Of a stretch of DNA of 64,000 bases, positions 1-9,085 are shown piece by piece. The notes under the pieces were generated by a model, which searched no databases, was not told where the DNA came from, and saw only the letters and a program-made list of their open reading frames with translations. The DNA is from Myxococcota bacterium (GTDB lineage: Bacteria > Myxococcota_A > UBA9160 > JAFDDA01). The translations under genes and the position numbers were made by a program. Numbering within the stretch: the first letter of the stretch is position 1; each line of letters starts with the position of its first letter. Location of the stretch: assembly GCA_965228475.1 (NCBI GenBank), contig OZ245817.1, positions 3,392,001 to 3,456,000 on the forward strand. Direction: 5' to 3'.

Positions 1-218
1 ACGTCGGCCTCTACGTCTACCGCCGCGAGTTCCTGCTCGAGTTCGTGACGCTCGCCCAGACCCCGGCCGAACGGGCCGAAGGGCTCGAACAGCTGCGCGC
101 CCTCGAACACGGCCACGCCATCCGCGCCGCGATCCTCGAAGGCTGGCAGAGCCGCGCCGTCGACGTGCCGGGCGACGTCGACGAGGTCGAGCGGGCGCTC
201 CGGGAACGCGGCGCGTGA
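1..218 (+). CDS. kdsB: 3-deoxy-manno-octulosonate cytidylyltransferase, C-terminal part (truncated by window edge)
   Basis: Frame 3 reads VGLYVYRREFLLEF..ERAEGLEQLRALEHG..AVDVPGD, matching the KdsB GxYxY / LEQLRxLE / VDxPxD motifs; its TGA overlaps the next GTG. Confidence 0.85.
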   Translation, partial: VGLYVYRREFLLEFVTLAQTPAERAEGLEQLRALEHGHAIRAAILEGWQSRAVDVPGDVDEVERALRERGA

Positions 219-1150
219 GCGAGGAGAAGCTCGATGCGAGGACCGTCCGCGAGCTCGGGCGGCGCTACTCGAACTGGGGCCGCTGGGGCCCGGACGACGA
301 GTTCGGCACGCTGAACCATCTGACCCCGGAGCGGGTGCTCGCCGCGACGAAGCTCCCGCGCAGCGGCGAGGTGTTCTCCCTCGGCCTGCCCTTCGAGGCG
401 GACGGCCCGGCCCGCGGCCGCCGCTTCAATCCGATCCACACCATGCTCGTGGACGGCGGCGACGCCCAGGAGCACCCGGGCGGCTTTGGCTACGCAGACG
501 ACGCCATCCACATGCCGACCCAGTGCGCGACCCAGTGGGACGCGCTCTCCCACGTCTTCTACGACGGGAAGATGTACAACGATCGCGACGCGGCGCTCGT
601 CTCGAGCAGCGGCGCGGCCGCCAACGGCATCGAGAAGCTCGCCCGGGGCGTCGTCGGGCGCGGCGTGCTGCTCGACGTCGCGCGGCATCGCCGGGTCGGC
701 CATCTCGAGGATGGGGAAGCCATCCTCCCGGAGGAGCTCGACGCCTGCGCCGAGGACCAGGGCGTGACGGTCGGGCCGGGCGACGTCGTTCTCGTCCGGA
801 CGGGCAAGCTCGGACGGCATCGGAGCCAGGGTTCCTGGGACGGCTACGTCGGCCCGTCACCGGGGCTCTCGCTCCGCTGCGCGCGATGGCTCTTCGAGCG
901 AGAGATCGCGGCGGTCGCCACCGATACGTTCTGCGTGGAGGTCCACCCCGCCGAGACACCGGACTGTGTCATGCCGCTCCACATGGTGAGCCTGCGCAAC
1001 ACCGGGCTCCTGCTCGGCGAGATGTTCGTGCTCGACGCCCTCGCCGAGGCCTGCGCGGCCGACGGCGACCACGCGTTCCTCTTCACCGCCCCGCCGCTCC
1101 CGATCACCGGCGGCGTCGGCTCGCCGATCAACCCCCTGGCGATCAAGTAG
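215..1150 (+). CDS. Cyclase family (kynurenine formamidase-like) metal-dependent hydrolase
   Basis: NWGRWGPDDEFGTLN, QCATQWDALSH, GRGVLLDVAR, GEMFVLDALA, GGVGSPINPLA. Confidence 0.85.
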   Translation: MSEEKLDARTVRELGRRYSNWGRWGPDDEFGTLNHLTPERVLAATKLPRSGEVFSLGLPFEADGPARGRRFNPIHTMLVDGGDAQEHPGGFGYADDAIHMPTQCATQWDALSHVFYDGKMYNDRDAALVSSSGAAANGIEKLARGVVGRGVLLDVARHRRVGHLEDGEAILPEELDACAEDQGVTVGPGDVVLVRTGKLGRHRSQGSWDGYVGPSPGLSLRCARWLFEREIAAVATDTFCVEVHPAETPDCVMPLHMVSLRNTGLLLGEMFVLDALAEACAADGDHAFLFTAPPLPITGGVGSPINPLAIK

Positions 1151-1221
1151 TGGCCGCCCGCCGACCTTCTCGCGGACGGGCCGCGGGCGCCGAGCCCCCT
1201 GCCCCGCCGGCGCCCCCGGAC

Positions 1222-3726
1222 ATGGGGCGCCTCCTCCAGCTCGCGCCGCTCTTCCTGCTCTCCGGGGCCAGCGCCCTGCTCGCCGAGACGGTCTGGCTGC
1301 GCTGGCTGCGCGATCTCCTCGGGGCAACGGCCCCGGCCGCCTCTGCGACCCTGCTCGCCTTCTTCGCGGGCCACGCCCTCGGCGCGCTCGTGGCGGCGCG
1401 CCTCGCACGCCGCTGGCGACGCCCGCTCCGCGCCTACGCGATCATCGAAGCGCTCGCGACGCTCGGCGTCCTCGCCGTCCCGGTCCTCCTCGGAATCGGC
1501 GAGGGCCTCATGGATGGCTCCTACGACGCCCTGCGCACGCAGCCGACGCTGCTCGTCGCCCTGCGCTTCGGCGTCGCACTCCTGGCCACGCTCCCGGCGT
1601 CGATCGCGTTCGGCGCGAGCTTCCCGGCCATCGGCGGCGCCGCGGCCCGGGAAGGCGGCCGGATCGGACGCGCCGGATCGATTCTCTACGCGGTGAACCT
1701 GCTCGGCGCCGCCGCGGGCGCCGCCGCGGGCGCGTTCTGGATCCCGGACGCCTTCGGCGTACGCGCCGCCTGGCTCTGCGGCGCCGTCCTCTCCGCCCTC
1801 GCGGCCGTCGGCGCGTTCGTGATCTCTGCGCGGGACGAACCCCGGGAACCGATCGCGGAGGGGGCCGACGCGGGATCGCTCGGGGCGGGCCCGCCCGCCC
1901 TCGCCGCCCTCTCGGGTTTCGGAACGCTGGCGAGCCAGGTCCTGCTCGTCCAGGCCTTCGCCCAGGTCATGAACCAATCCGTCTACGCGTTCGGGACGGT
2001 GCTGGTCGTCGTGCTCGGCGCCCTGGCCCTCGGCGCGGCCGCCGCCGCGGCCCTCGTACGGCGCGTCCATCCCGCTCCGCGGGCGGCGGGCTTCGTCGCG
2101 GTCGCCGCCGCGCTGACCCTCGTCGCCTTCCCCGGCTCGTTCTACGCGCTGAGCGACGGGCTCGAGTTCGCGGGCGTCGGTGCGCCCTGGCCCCGCTACC
2201 TCTTCGAGTGCCTCGGCATGGCGGCCCTCGGCGCCGGTCCGCTGCTCTTCGCGGGCGGCATGATCTTTCCGCTCTCGCTCTCCTGGGCGGCCGAGCGGCG
2301 GCCCGAGGCGGCGAGCGGCGACCTGCTCGGCAGGCTCGTCGTCGCGAACACGGCCGGGGCCATGGCGGGCGCACTCGCGGCACCCTACTGGCTGCTCCCG
2401 ACGCTCGGCCTCTGGGGCGCCTTCGCCGGCGTCGCGGGGGGCTACCTCGCCGCCGTGTTCCTGATCCCGGACCCGAACGACGGCGTGCGCCGCCTCCGGG
2501 TACTGGCCCTCGTCGCGGGCTGGGCCAGCTGCTTCTCCCTCGCTTCGCCCCTCGAAGTGCCCCAGATGCGCCTGGCCGAGGGGGAGACGGCAATCGAGGC
2601 GCGCACCACGCCGGGCGGCATCGTCGCGGTCATCGAGAGCCGCGGCGAGCGGCTCATCCGCACGGACAACCACTACTCCCTCGGCGGCACGGCGGAGATC
2701 GTCCACCAGGAACGCCAGGGGCACCTGCCCCTGCTCCTGCACCCGACCGCGCGCTCGGCGGTCCATGCCGGCTCGGCGAGCGGCATCAGCGCCGGCGCCC
2801 TGCTGGCCCACCCGCTCGAGCGGATCCACCTGGTGGAGATCCTCCCGGAGGTCGCCCGTGCCGGCGCGCGCCACTTCGCCGACGCCAACCGCGGCGTCCA
2901 CACGGACCCGCGCGTCGAGGTCGTCGTCGACGACGCGCGCAACTTCCTCGCGCGCACGAGCGAGCGCTTCGACGTCGTGATCGCGGACCTCTACGTCCCC
3001 TGGCGATCGGGAACCGCCGCGCTCTACACGCGCGAGCACTTCGAGGCGGTCCGGGAGCGGCTCGCACCGGGCGGGCTCTTCTGCCAGTGGCTCCCGCTCT
3101 ACCAGCTCGGGGGCGAGGAGTTCCACGTCATCCTCGCCACCTTCCTCGACGCCTTCCCGAACGCGGGCCTCTTCCGCGGGGATTTCTACGGCCGCTTCCC
3201 GATCGTCGCCCTGGTGGGCTGGCGGGATGCGCTGGCGAGCGCGGCGGCCGTCGAGGCCGCGGTGCGCCGACTCGCGGCGCGGGGCGAACGCGACCGCTGG
3301 GTGACCGACCCGGCCGGCTTCTGGAGCCTCTACGCGGGGGCCCTCGGCCCACTCGTGCCGTCCCTCGTCCCGACGCCGCGCAACACGACCGATCACCCGG
3401 CCCTGCAGTACCTCGCGGCCCGCAACCACCGCGGCGGAAGGGCCGGCCTCGCCGATCCCTACGTCGCGATCGAATGGCAGCGCTTCGTCGACGGCGTGCG
3501 CACGGCCTCGCTCACGGGAGACCCGCTCTTCCCGGGCCTCGGGCCCGAGGCCAAGCGCGCCTCGGCAGCGGGCGCGGCGCTCCAGATGGCCGGGGCGCTC
3601 TGGGTGGAGGGCCGGTCCGGGGAGGCGGCGCGGGCGCTCACCGTCGCTGCGGAGCTTCTTCCCCCGCACCTGCTCGCCCAGGCGGAAGCCGACCCGACGG
3701 CCGCGGAACTCTGGCCCGACGAATGA
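1222..3726 (+). CDS. Fused membrane (MFS-like) / spermidine synthase-like SAM-binding protein
   Basis: About 13 hydrophobic segments starting FLLSGASALLAETVW, then LVEILPEV, DDARNFL, FDVVIADL, LYTREHF, GGLFCQWLP; start placed at ATG 1222. Confidence 0.8.
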   Translation: MGRLLQLAPLFLLSGASALLAETVWLRWLRDLLGATAPAASATLLAFFAGHALGALVAARLARRWRRPLRAYAIIEALATLGVLAVPVLLGIGEGLMDGSYDALRTQPTLLVALRFGVALLATLPASIAFGASFPAIGGAAAREGGRIGRAGSILYAVNLLGAAAGAAAGAFWIPDAFGVRAAWLCGAVLSALAAVGAFVISARDEPREPIAEGADAGSLGAGPPALAALSGFGTLASQVLLVQAFAQVMNQSVYAFGTVLVVVLGALALGAAAAAALVRRVHPAPRAAGFVAVAAALTLVAFPGSFYALSDGLEFAGVGAPWPRYLFECLGMAALGAGPLLFAGGMIFPLSLSWAAERRPEAASGDLLGRLVVANTAGAMAGALAAPYWLLPTLGLWGAFAGVAGGYLAAVFLIPDPNDGVRRLRVLALVAGWASCFSLASPLEVPQMRLAEGETAIEARTTPGGIVAVIESRGERLIRTDNHYSLGGTAEIVHQERQGHLPLLLHPTARSAVHAGSASGISAGALLAHPLERIHLVEILPEVARAGARHFADANRGVHTDPRVEVVVDDARNFLARTSERFDVVIADLYVPWRSGTAALYTREHFEAVRERLAPGGLFCQWLPLYQLGGEEFHVILATFLDAFPNAGLFRGDFYGRFPIVALVGWRDALASAAAVEAAVRRLAARGERDRWVTDPAGFWSLYAGALGPLVPSLVPTPRNTTDHPALQYLAARNHRGGRAGLADPYVAIEWQRFVDGVRTASLTGDPLFPGLGPEAKRASAAGAALQMAGALWVEGRSGEAARALTVAAELLPPHLLAQAEADPTAAELWPDE

Positions 3727-3753
3727 CCGGGGCGCGGTTCCGCGCCGAAGCCC

Positions 3754-5355
3754 TCAGCCCTTGATCCGGCTCGTCTCGCTCGCCCACTCCTTCTCGCGCA
3801 GGCGGAACTTCTGGATCTTGCCGGTGCTCGTCTTCGGCAGCTCGCCGAACTCGATGGCCTTCGGGCACTTGAAGTGGGCGAGGCGGTCGCGCGTGAACTC
3901 GATCAGCTCCGCCTCCGACAGGCTCGCGCCCTCGCGCAGGGTCACGAAAGCCTTGGGCACCTCGCCCCACTTCTCGTGGGGCATCGCGATCACCGCCGCT
4001 TCCAGGACGTCCGGGTGCTGCACGACGGTGTGCTCGACCTCGATCGTCGAGATGTTCTCCCCGCCGCTGATGATGATGTCCTTCTTGCGGTCGCGCAGCT
4101 CGATGTAGCCGTCGGGGTGGAGGACGCCGATGTCGCCCGAGTGGAACCAGCCGCCGCGGAAGGCCTCCTCGGTGGCCGGCTCGTCCTCGAAGTAGCCCTT
4201 CATCACGTTGTTCCCGCGCATGACCACCTCGCCCATGGTCTCCGCGTCGGCCGGCACGTCGTTCATCTCGGCGTCGACGACGCGCAGATGCGTGGCGTGG
4301 TGGAAGGGCACGCCCTGGCGCGCCAGGTACTGGGCCTTGGTCGGGATGTCGAGGGTCTCCCACTCGGGCTGGAGTTCACAGTAGACGTGGGGCCCGTAGG
4401 TCTCGGTGAGCCCGTAGAGGTGACAGATGCGGACGCCCATCTCTTCCATGCGCGCCAGCAGCGTCGGCGAAGGCGGTGCGCCGCCCGTGGCGACGCGGAT
4501 CTCGGGGTCGAAACGGATCCCCTCCGCTTCGGGTGCCTCGGCGAGCATGAGGAGCACCGTTGGCGCCCCGTTGAAGTGGGTGACCCGCTCCGCCTCGACG
4601 AGTTCGAGGATGCGCGGCGGGTCGACGGCCCGCAGCATCACGTGCTTGCCGCCGGCGCCGGTCACGGCCCACGGAAAGCACCAGCCGTTGCAGTGGAAGA
4701 GTGGCAGCGTCCACAGGAAGGTCGAGTCCCGCTCCAGCCGGTGGACGACCATCTCGCCGAGAGCGTTCAGCATGGCGCCGCGGTGGGTGTACATGACGCC
4801 CTTCGGGCGCCCCGTCGTTCCCGACGTGTAGTTGATCGAGAGGACGCGCTCCTCGTCGTCGAGGTCGTTCTGGATCGGGAGGACCTCGGCGCCTTCGACG
4901 AACTCGGTGTAGCGGGGGCCGTCGAGCGGCGTCCCGAGCACGCCCGCCTCCGGGTCCTCCACGTTCACGAGGGTCGGCCGCGCCGCCAGCGGCTCCGGGC
5001 CGTCGCTCACGCGGTCCGCGAGCTCCGGGTCCGCGAAGACGATCTTCGCGCCGGAGTGGTTCAGGATGTAGTTCACCTCGGCCGGGTTCAGCCGGGTATT
5101 GATCGCGACGAGCACGCCGCGCACCAGGGGCACGGCGAAGTGGGCGGCCAGCAGGGCCGGAACGTTCGGCGCCAGGAAGGCCACGCGGTCGCCCGGCTCG
5201 ACGCCAGCGCGAACGAGCGCACCCGCCAGCCGGCCGACCTCCCGGGCGAAGTCTTCGTAGCTCCAACGCAGGTCACCGTGGACGACCGCCGTCTTCTTCG
5301 GGAAGACGCGCAGGGTCCGCTCGAGCAGCACGATCGGGGAGAGTTCGTCTCGCAT
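3754..5355 (-). CDS. Acyl-CoA synthetase (AMP-binding enzyme)
   Basis: YTSGTTGRPKG, YGLTE, GWFHSGD, DRKKDIIISGGENI, PKTSTGKIQK. Confidence 0.92.
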   Translation of the reverse strand: MRDELSPIVLLERTLRVFPKKTAVVHGDLRWSYEDFAREVGRLAGALVRAGVEPGDRVAFLAPNVPALLAAHFAVPLVRGVLVAINTRLNPAEVNYILNHSGAKIVFADPELADRVSDGPEPLAARPTLVNVEDPEAGVLGTPLDGPRYTEFVEGAEVLPIQNDLDDEERVLSINYTSGTTGRPKGVMYTHRGAMLNALGEMVVHRLERDSTFLWTLPLFHCNGWCFPWAVTGAGGKHVMLRAVDPPRILELVEAERVTHFNGAPTVLLMLAEAPEAEGIRFDPEIRVATGGAPPSPTLLARMEEMGVRICHLYGLTETYGPHVYCELQPEWETLDIPTKAQYLARQGVPFHHATHLRVVDAEMNDVPADAETMGEVVMRGNNVMKGYFEDEPATEEAFRGGWFHSGDIGVLHPDGYIELRDRKKDIIISGGENISTIEVEHTVVQHPDVLEAAVIAMPHEKWGEVPKAFVTLREGASLSEAELIEFTRDRLAHFKCPKAIEFGELPKTSTGKIQKFRLREKEWASETSRIKG

Positions 5356-5391
5356 GCCGGGATCCTAGACTCTTGAGGGGGAGAGCCGGGC

Positions 5392-5445
5392 AAAAGAAAG
5401 CCCCGGAGGCGGTTTCAGCGGCTACGACGTCCGCACCTCCGGGGC
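5392..5445 (-). terminator. Intrinsic terminator-like hairpin
   Basis: Minus strand GCCCCGGAGGTG...CGCCTCCGGGGC followed by TTTCTTTT. Confidence 0.6.
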
Positions 5446-5706
5446 CGGTAGACTGGGAACAGCGTCCCAACCACACCTGGATCAAGGATTCGATGTGGCG
5501 TCTAGGACGCGTCCACCTCACTCGCCGTAGTTCTACATTGAGACACCGAATCACCTCCATCCCGGCGTGGTCATTTTCCAGCGAGGCCCAGACCTCGCGT
5601 CGGAACCCGGGTGCGGGGCGGTCGCCGAGCCCGCCCCTCCGAGCTGCCCCGACCCGGCCCGCCCACTGCGAACCGTCCGGGACTCGGGGGTGAGTGAACC
5701 CCCTCA
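5392..5706 (-). ncRNA. Candidate structured non-coding RNA (unknown family)
   Basis: Several stems whose mismatches are mostly G-U on the minus strand; TAAGTT -10-like box at 5713-5718; ends in a GC hairpin plus U-tract. Confidence 0.45.
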
Positions 5707-5766
5707 CACGGCAACTTATCGGACGACCGGGGGAGGCGCGAGAACGGAATGCTAGACTGCGGCGCC

Positions 5767-6639
5767 ATGACGCAGCGCACCGAACCCTCTAACACCGCGA
5801 TTCTGCTGGTTTCTTGCCCCGATCGGCCGGGCATCGTCGCCGCCCTGGCACAGCTTCTTTACGGGCACGGCGCGAACATCCTGGCCGCCGATCAGCACAC
5901 GGACGCCGCCGCGGGCATGTTCTTCCAGCGCATCCGCTTCGACTACGCCGGTCTCCACACCGACCGGCAGACCCTCGAACGCGCCATCGCCGAGGTCGCG
6001 GAGCGCTTCGAGATGGACTTCGAGCTCTCCTACACGGGCCAGCCCAAGCGGGTGGCGATCTTCGTTTCGAAGTACGAGCACTGCCTCTACGACCTCCTCC
6101 TGCGTCACCGCTCCGGGGAGCTCGCCTGCGAGATCCCGCTGATCGTGAGCAACCATCCGGACCTCGCCCCCGTGGCCGAGGACTTCGGGCTCCCCTACCA
6201 CGTCTTCCCGATCACGCGGGAGACCAAGCGCGATCAGGAGAAGGCCGAGCTCGAACTCCTGCGCGAGCACGACGTCGACCTCGTGGTCATGGCCCGCTAC
6301 ATGCAGATCCTCTCCTCGGAATTCATCGACGAGATGCCGGGGCGCATCATCAACATCCATCACTCGTTCCTGCCCGCCTTCCAGGGCGGGAAGCCCTACC
6401 ACCAGGCGCTCGAGCGCGGCGTGAAGCTGATCGGCGCCACCGCCCACTACGCGACCACCGATCTCGACGAGGGCCCGATCATCGCCCAGGACGTCGTGCG
6501 GACCTCCCACCGCGATTCGGTGAAGGACCTGATCCGCAAGGGGCGCGACGTCGAGCGCACGGCCCTGGCGAGCGCCGTGCGCTGGCACCTCGAAGACCGG
6601 GTGATCGTCTTCCAGAACAAGACCGTCGTCTTCGCGTGA
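5767..6639 (+). CDS. purU: Formyltetrahydrofolate deformylase
   Basis: N-terminal ACT domain CPDRPGIVA; ARYMQILS, INIHHSFLPAF, GATAHY, LDEGPII. Confidence 0.95.
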   Translation: MTQRTEPSNTAILLVSCPDRPGIVAALAQLLYGHGANILAADQHTDAAAGMFFQRIRFDYAGLHTDRQTLERAIAEVAERFEMDFELSYTGQPKRVAIFVSKYEHCLYDLLLRHRSGELACEIPLIVSNHPDLAPVAEDFGLPYHVFPITRETKRDQEKAELELLREHDVDLVVMARYMQILSSEFIDEMPGRIINIHHSFLPAFQGGKPYHQALERGVKLIGATAHYATTDLDEGPIIAQDVVRTSHRDSVKDLIRKGRDVERTALASAVRWHLEDRVIVFQNKTVVFA

Positions 6640-6649
6640 GGAGCCTGCG

Positions 6650-7615
6650 TTGAAGCTCCGCGTCTTTGCCATCTTCCTCGCGATCGGCGTGACCATCGCG
6701 AGCTGGGGCACCCACTACATCGCCACCCAGTTCAAGGCCATGGCCGAGGACCTGCAGTGGCTCGAGCCGCGCGAGTTCGACGGACTGACCATCGTCACCG
6801 TCGGCACGGGCACGATCTACGAGAACCCGAACCGCCTCGGCCCGGCGACCCTGCTCGGCACCGGCACCCGCGCGGTGCTCGTCGACGCGGGGCGCGGCGT
6901 CGCCGAGGCGCTGCGCACAGCGCGCATTCCGCTCACCCAGCCCGATACGGTCTTCCTGACCCGGCTCTCCCCCGAGACGACGGTCGGCCTCGACGACCTC
7001 CTGCTCACCGGCTGGCTCAACTCCCGGGAGACGCCCCTGCGCCTCGTCGGCCCGCCGGGAACCCGCGCGCTCGCCGAGGGCCTCACCGCCGCCCACCGGG
7101 CCGGCGTCTCCGCGCGAGGCGCCTCCTTCGACCTGCCGGGCGCCGGCGCGACCTTCGAGGTCGTGGAGATCGCCGACGGGTGGAACGCGCAATCCGCGGG
7201 GCTCTCGGTGCGTGCGGCCGAGCTTCCGGGCGGACCGGCCCAGGCCTTCGCCTATCGCTTCGAGGCCGCCGGTCGCGCCGTCGTGGTCGGCACGTCGGGC
7301 TGGGGGCAGGAGCAGCTCGTCGCCCTCGCGAGCGGCGCGGACGCGCTCGTCCACGACGCCTACTGGAGTGGCTCCCTCGAGCAGGCGATCGAAGCGGGCG
7401 CCGACGACCCGGAACGCCTCCGCGTGGAGGCCACCTGGCTGACGCCCCTCGAAGAGGTCGGCGGCATCGCAACGCGCGCCGGCGTCGACTCCCTCGTGCT
7501 GACGCGGCTGCGCCCGCCGCCGCTCTACGACTTCATGTTCAGCCGGGTGGTCGACGAGTCCTACGACGGCCACGTGCTCGTCGCCGAAGACGGCGAGGAG
7601 CTCGTCCTCCCCTAG
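6650..7615 (+). CDS. RNase Z/arylsulfatase-like metallo-beta-lactamase-fold protein with degenerate metal site and N-terminal signal/anchor
   Basis: VGTG, LVDAGRG, AFAYRF, GADALVHDA, LVLTxL pattern; HxHxDH replaced by RLSPET. Confidence 0.7.
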   Translation: MKLRVFAIFLAIGVTIASWGTHYIATQFKAMAEDLQWLEPREFDGLTIVTVGTGTIYENPNRLGPATLLGTGTRAVLVDAGRGVAEALRTARIPLTQPDTVFLTRLSPETTVGLDDLLLTGWLNSRETPLRLVGPPGTRALAEGLTAAHRAGVSARGASFDLPGAGATFEVVEIADGWNAQSAGLSVRAAELPGGPAQAFAYRFEAAGRAVVVGTSGWGQEQLVALASGADALVHDAYWSGSLEQAIEAGADDPERLRVEATWLTPLEEVGGIATRAGVDSLVLTRLRPPPLYDFMFSRVVDESYDGHVLVAEDGEELVLP

Positions 7616-7630
7616 ATCGGGAACGCGGCC

Positions 7631-9046
7631 CTAGATCGGGAACTCGGGCGCCGTCGGGTCGAGCGGACCGCTCCGGGGCGGGCCCTGCGGCAGGCTCGGC
7701 GGGTCGGGGCGATCCTCACGCCGGCCGAGGAAGCGGTCGCGCTGGCCGCGGTAGTAGCCCTCCGTCGGGTCGAGCTGCATCGCCTCCTCGATCACCGCGA
7801 TCGCCTCCTCCGTCTGCCCGAGCTGGAAGAGCACCTCGGCCAGGGTGTCGAGGATGTTCGGCTGCCGGCGCGCGGTCTCGTCGACGGCGCGCTCGGCCAG
7901 GGAGAGCGCCGCGTCGAGCTCCTCCCCGCTCGGGTCTTCCCCGGTCGCCATCAACCAGGCGAGGTTGTTCAGCGCCTGGGGCGGGACGCGCTCGCGCTCG
8001 AGGAGGAGGTCCGCCTGCCGGATCAGGTCGGGCCCGCGGGCGTAGGTCTGCCCGACGTTCACGACGGCCAGCAGCACGACCGCGGCGGCCACGGCGTTGG
8101 CCGCGCGCAGGCGGCCCGAGACGGGCTCCCGGTACAGGCCCGCACGGCCGACCACGGCGCAGGTCGCGAACCCCGAGACGAAGCCGCCCACGTGGGCCCC
8201 GGTCGCGATGATCGGGAAGAACGCCCAGGCCACGATCTCGAGGGCCGCCTGGAGCGCGATCCCGGCCCAGATCACCGCACGCGGGAGCCGCCAGTGCGCC
8301 GGAAGCTCCCCGCCGTGGCGAAGCTCGAGGAAGACCAGCGCGCCGAAGACGCCCATCACGATGCCCGAGGCACCGACGGCCTGCTCGTACTGCACGAGCC
8401 ACCCGGCGCTCATGGCGCCGATTCCCGAGGTGAACAGGATCAACGCCGTGCGGGCCGTCCCGATCGTCCACTCGAGGAGCGCTCCGAGCGCGAGGAGGCC
8501 GAGGGCGTTCAAGACGAAGTGCACGGGAACGAACGGCACGGCGTGGAGCAGGTTCGCGGTGACGATCCGCCAGTACTCGCCGGCCGAGACCCAGGCCGTG
8601 CTGAACTCCCCCGCCGCCTCCCAGCGCCCGGGGTCCCAGAGCTGGAGGATCTGGACGAAGGCACACAGGGCGACGAGGCCCCAGGTCGCCCACTGCTTGC
8701 CCGCGAGGGCCGAGCGGCGATCGATCTCGTGCATGGCGGCGACGCGCGCCTCGCCCCCCGGCGCCGCGGCGACCCGGCGCGCCAGCTCGCCGACGAAGGC
8801 CTCGGCCTCTTCGGGGCGGCGGAAGGCGCTGCGGTTCAGGATGTAGACGGAGCTGCGGCTGCCGATCCGGATGCTGCGGCCGGAGACGGCCACGTGCGTG
8901 ACGTCCTCGTAGCGGGTGACGACGGGGTCGAGCCGCTCGAGGGCCGCGGGGTGCCGGAAGCCGGTCTCGCTGAACACGAGCCGTTCTCCCTCCCGGAGGG
9001 AGAACTCGACGGTCTCGCGCGGAGAAGGTCCGAAATCCGACGTCAC
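7631..9046 (-). CDS. Rhomboid family intramembrane serine protease with C-terminal TPR
   Basis: EYWRIVTANLLH, HFVLN, GASG, AHVGG; TPR-like LNNLAW..ILDTLAEVLF. Confidence 0.88.
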   Translation of the reverse strand: MTSDFGPSPRETVEFSLREGERLVFSETGFRHPAALERLDPVVTRYEDVTHVAVSGRSIRIGSRSSVYILNRSAFRRPEEAEAFVGELARRVAAAPGGEARVAAMHEIDRRSALAGKQWATWGLVALCAFVQILQLWDPGRWEAAGEFSTAWVSAGEYWRIVTANLLHAVPFVPVHFVLNALGLLALGALLEWTIGTARTALILFTSGIGAMSAGWLVQYEQAVGASGIVMGVFGALVFLELRHGGELPAHWRLPRAVIWAGIALQAALEIVAWAFFPIIATGAHVGGFVSGFATCAVVGRAGLYREPVSGRLRAANAVAAAVVLLAVVNVGQTYARGPDLIRQADLLLERERVPPQALNNLAWLMATGEDPSGEELDAALSLAERAVDETARRQPNILDTLAEVLFQLGQTEEAIAVIEEAMQLDPTEGYYRGQRDRFLGRREDRPDPPSLPQGPPRSGPLDPTAPEFPI

Positions 9047-9085
9047 GCTTCGACGGTAGCGCGCCCCGGCGCGGCGTCCCGTCCG

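Noticed and set aside
523..1221. N-terminal extension of the 1067-aa ORF
   Set aside because: Overlaps the cyclase gene out of frame and is Arg/Pro-rich noise; family similarity begins at ATG 1222
5440..5590. 6S RNA, SRP RNA, tmRNA, T-box or retron msr-msd identity for the structured region
   Set aside because: A short plus-strand likeness to the 6S 3' segment (CACCTGGATCAAGGATTCGA) has the wrong topology and strand; no SRP, tmRNA or T-box consensus; no reverse transcriptase nearby
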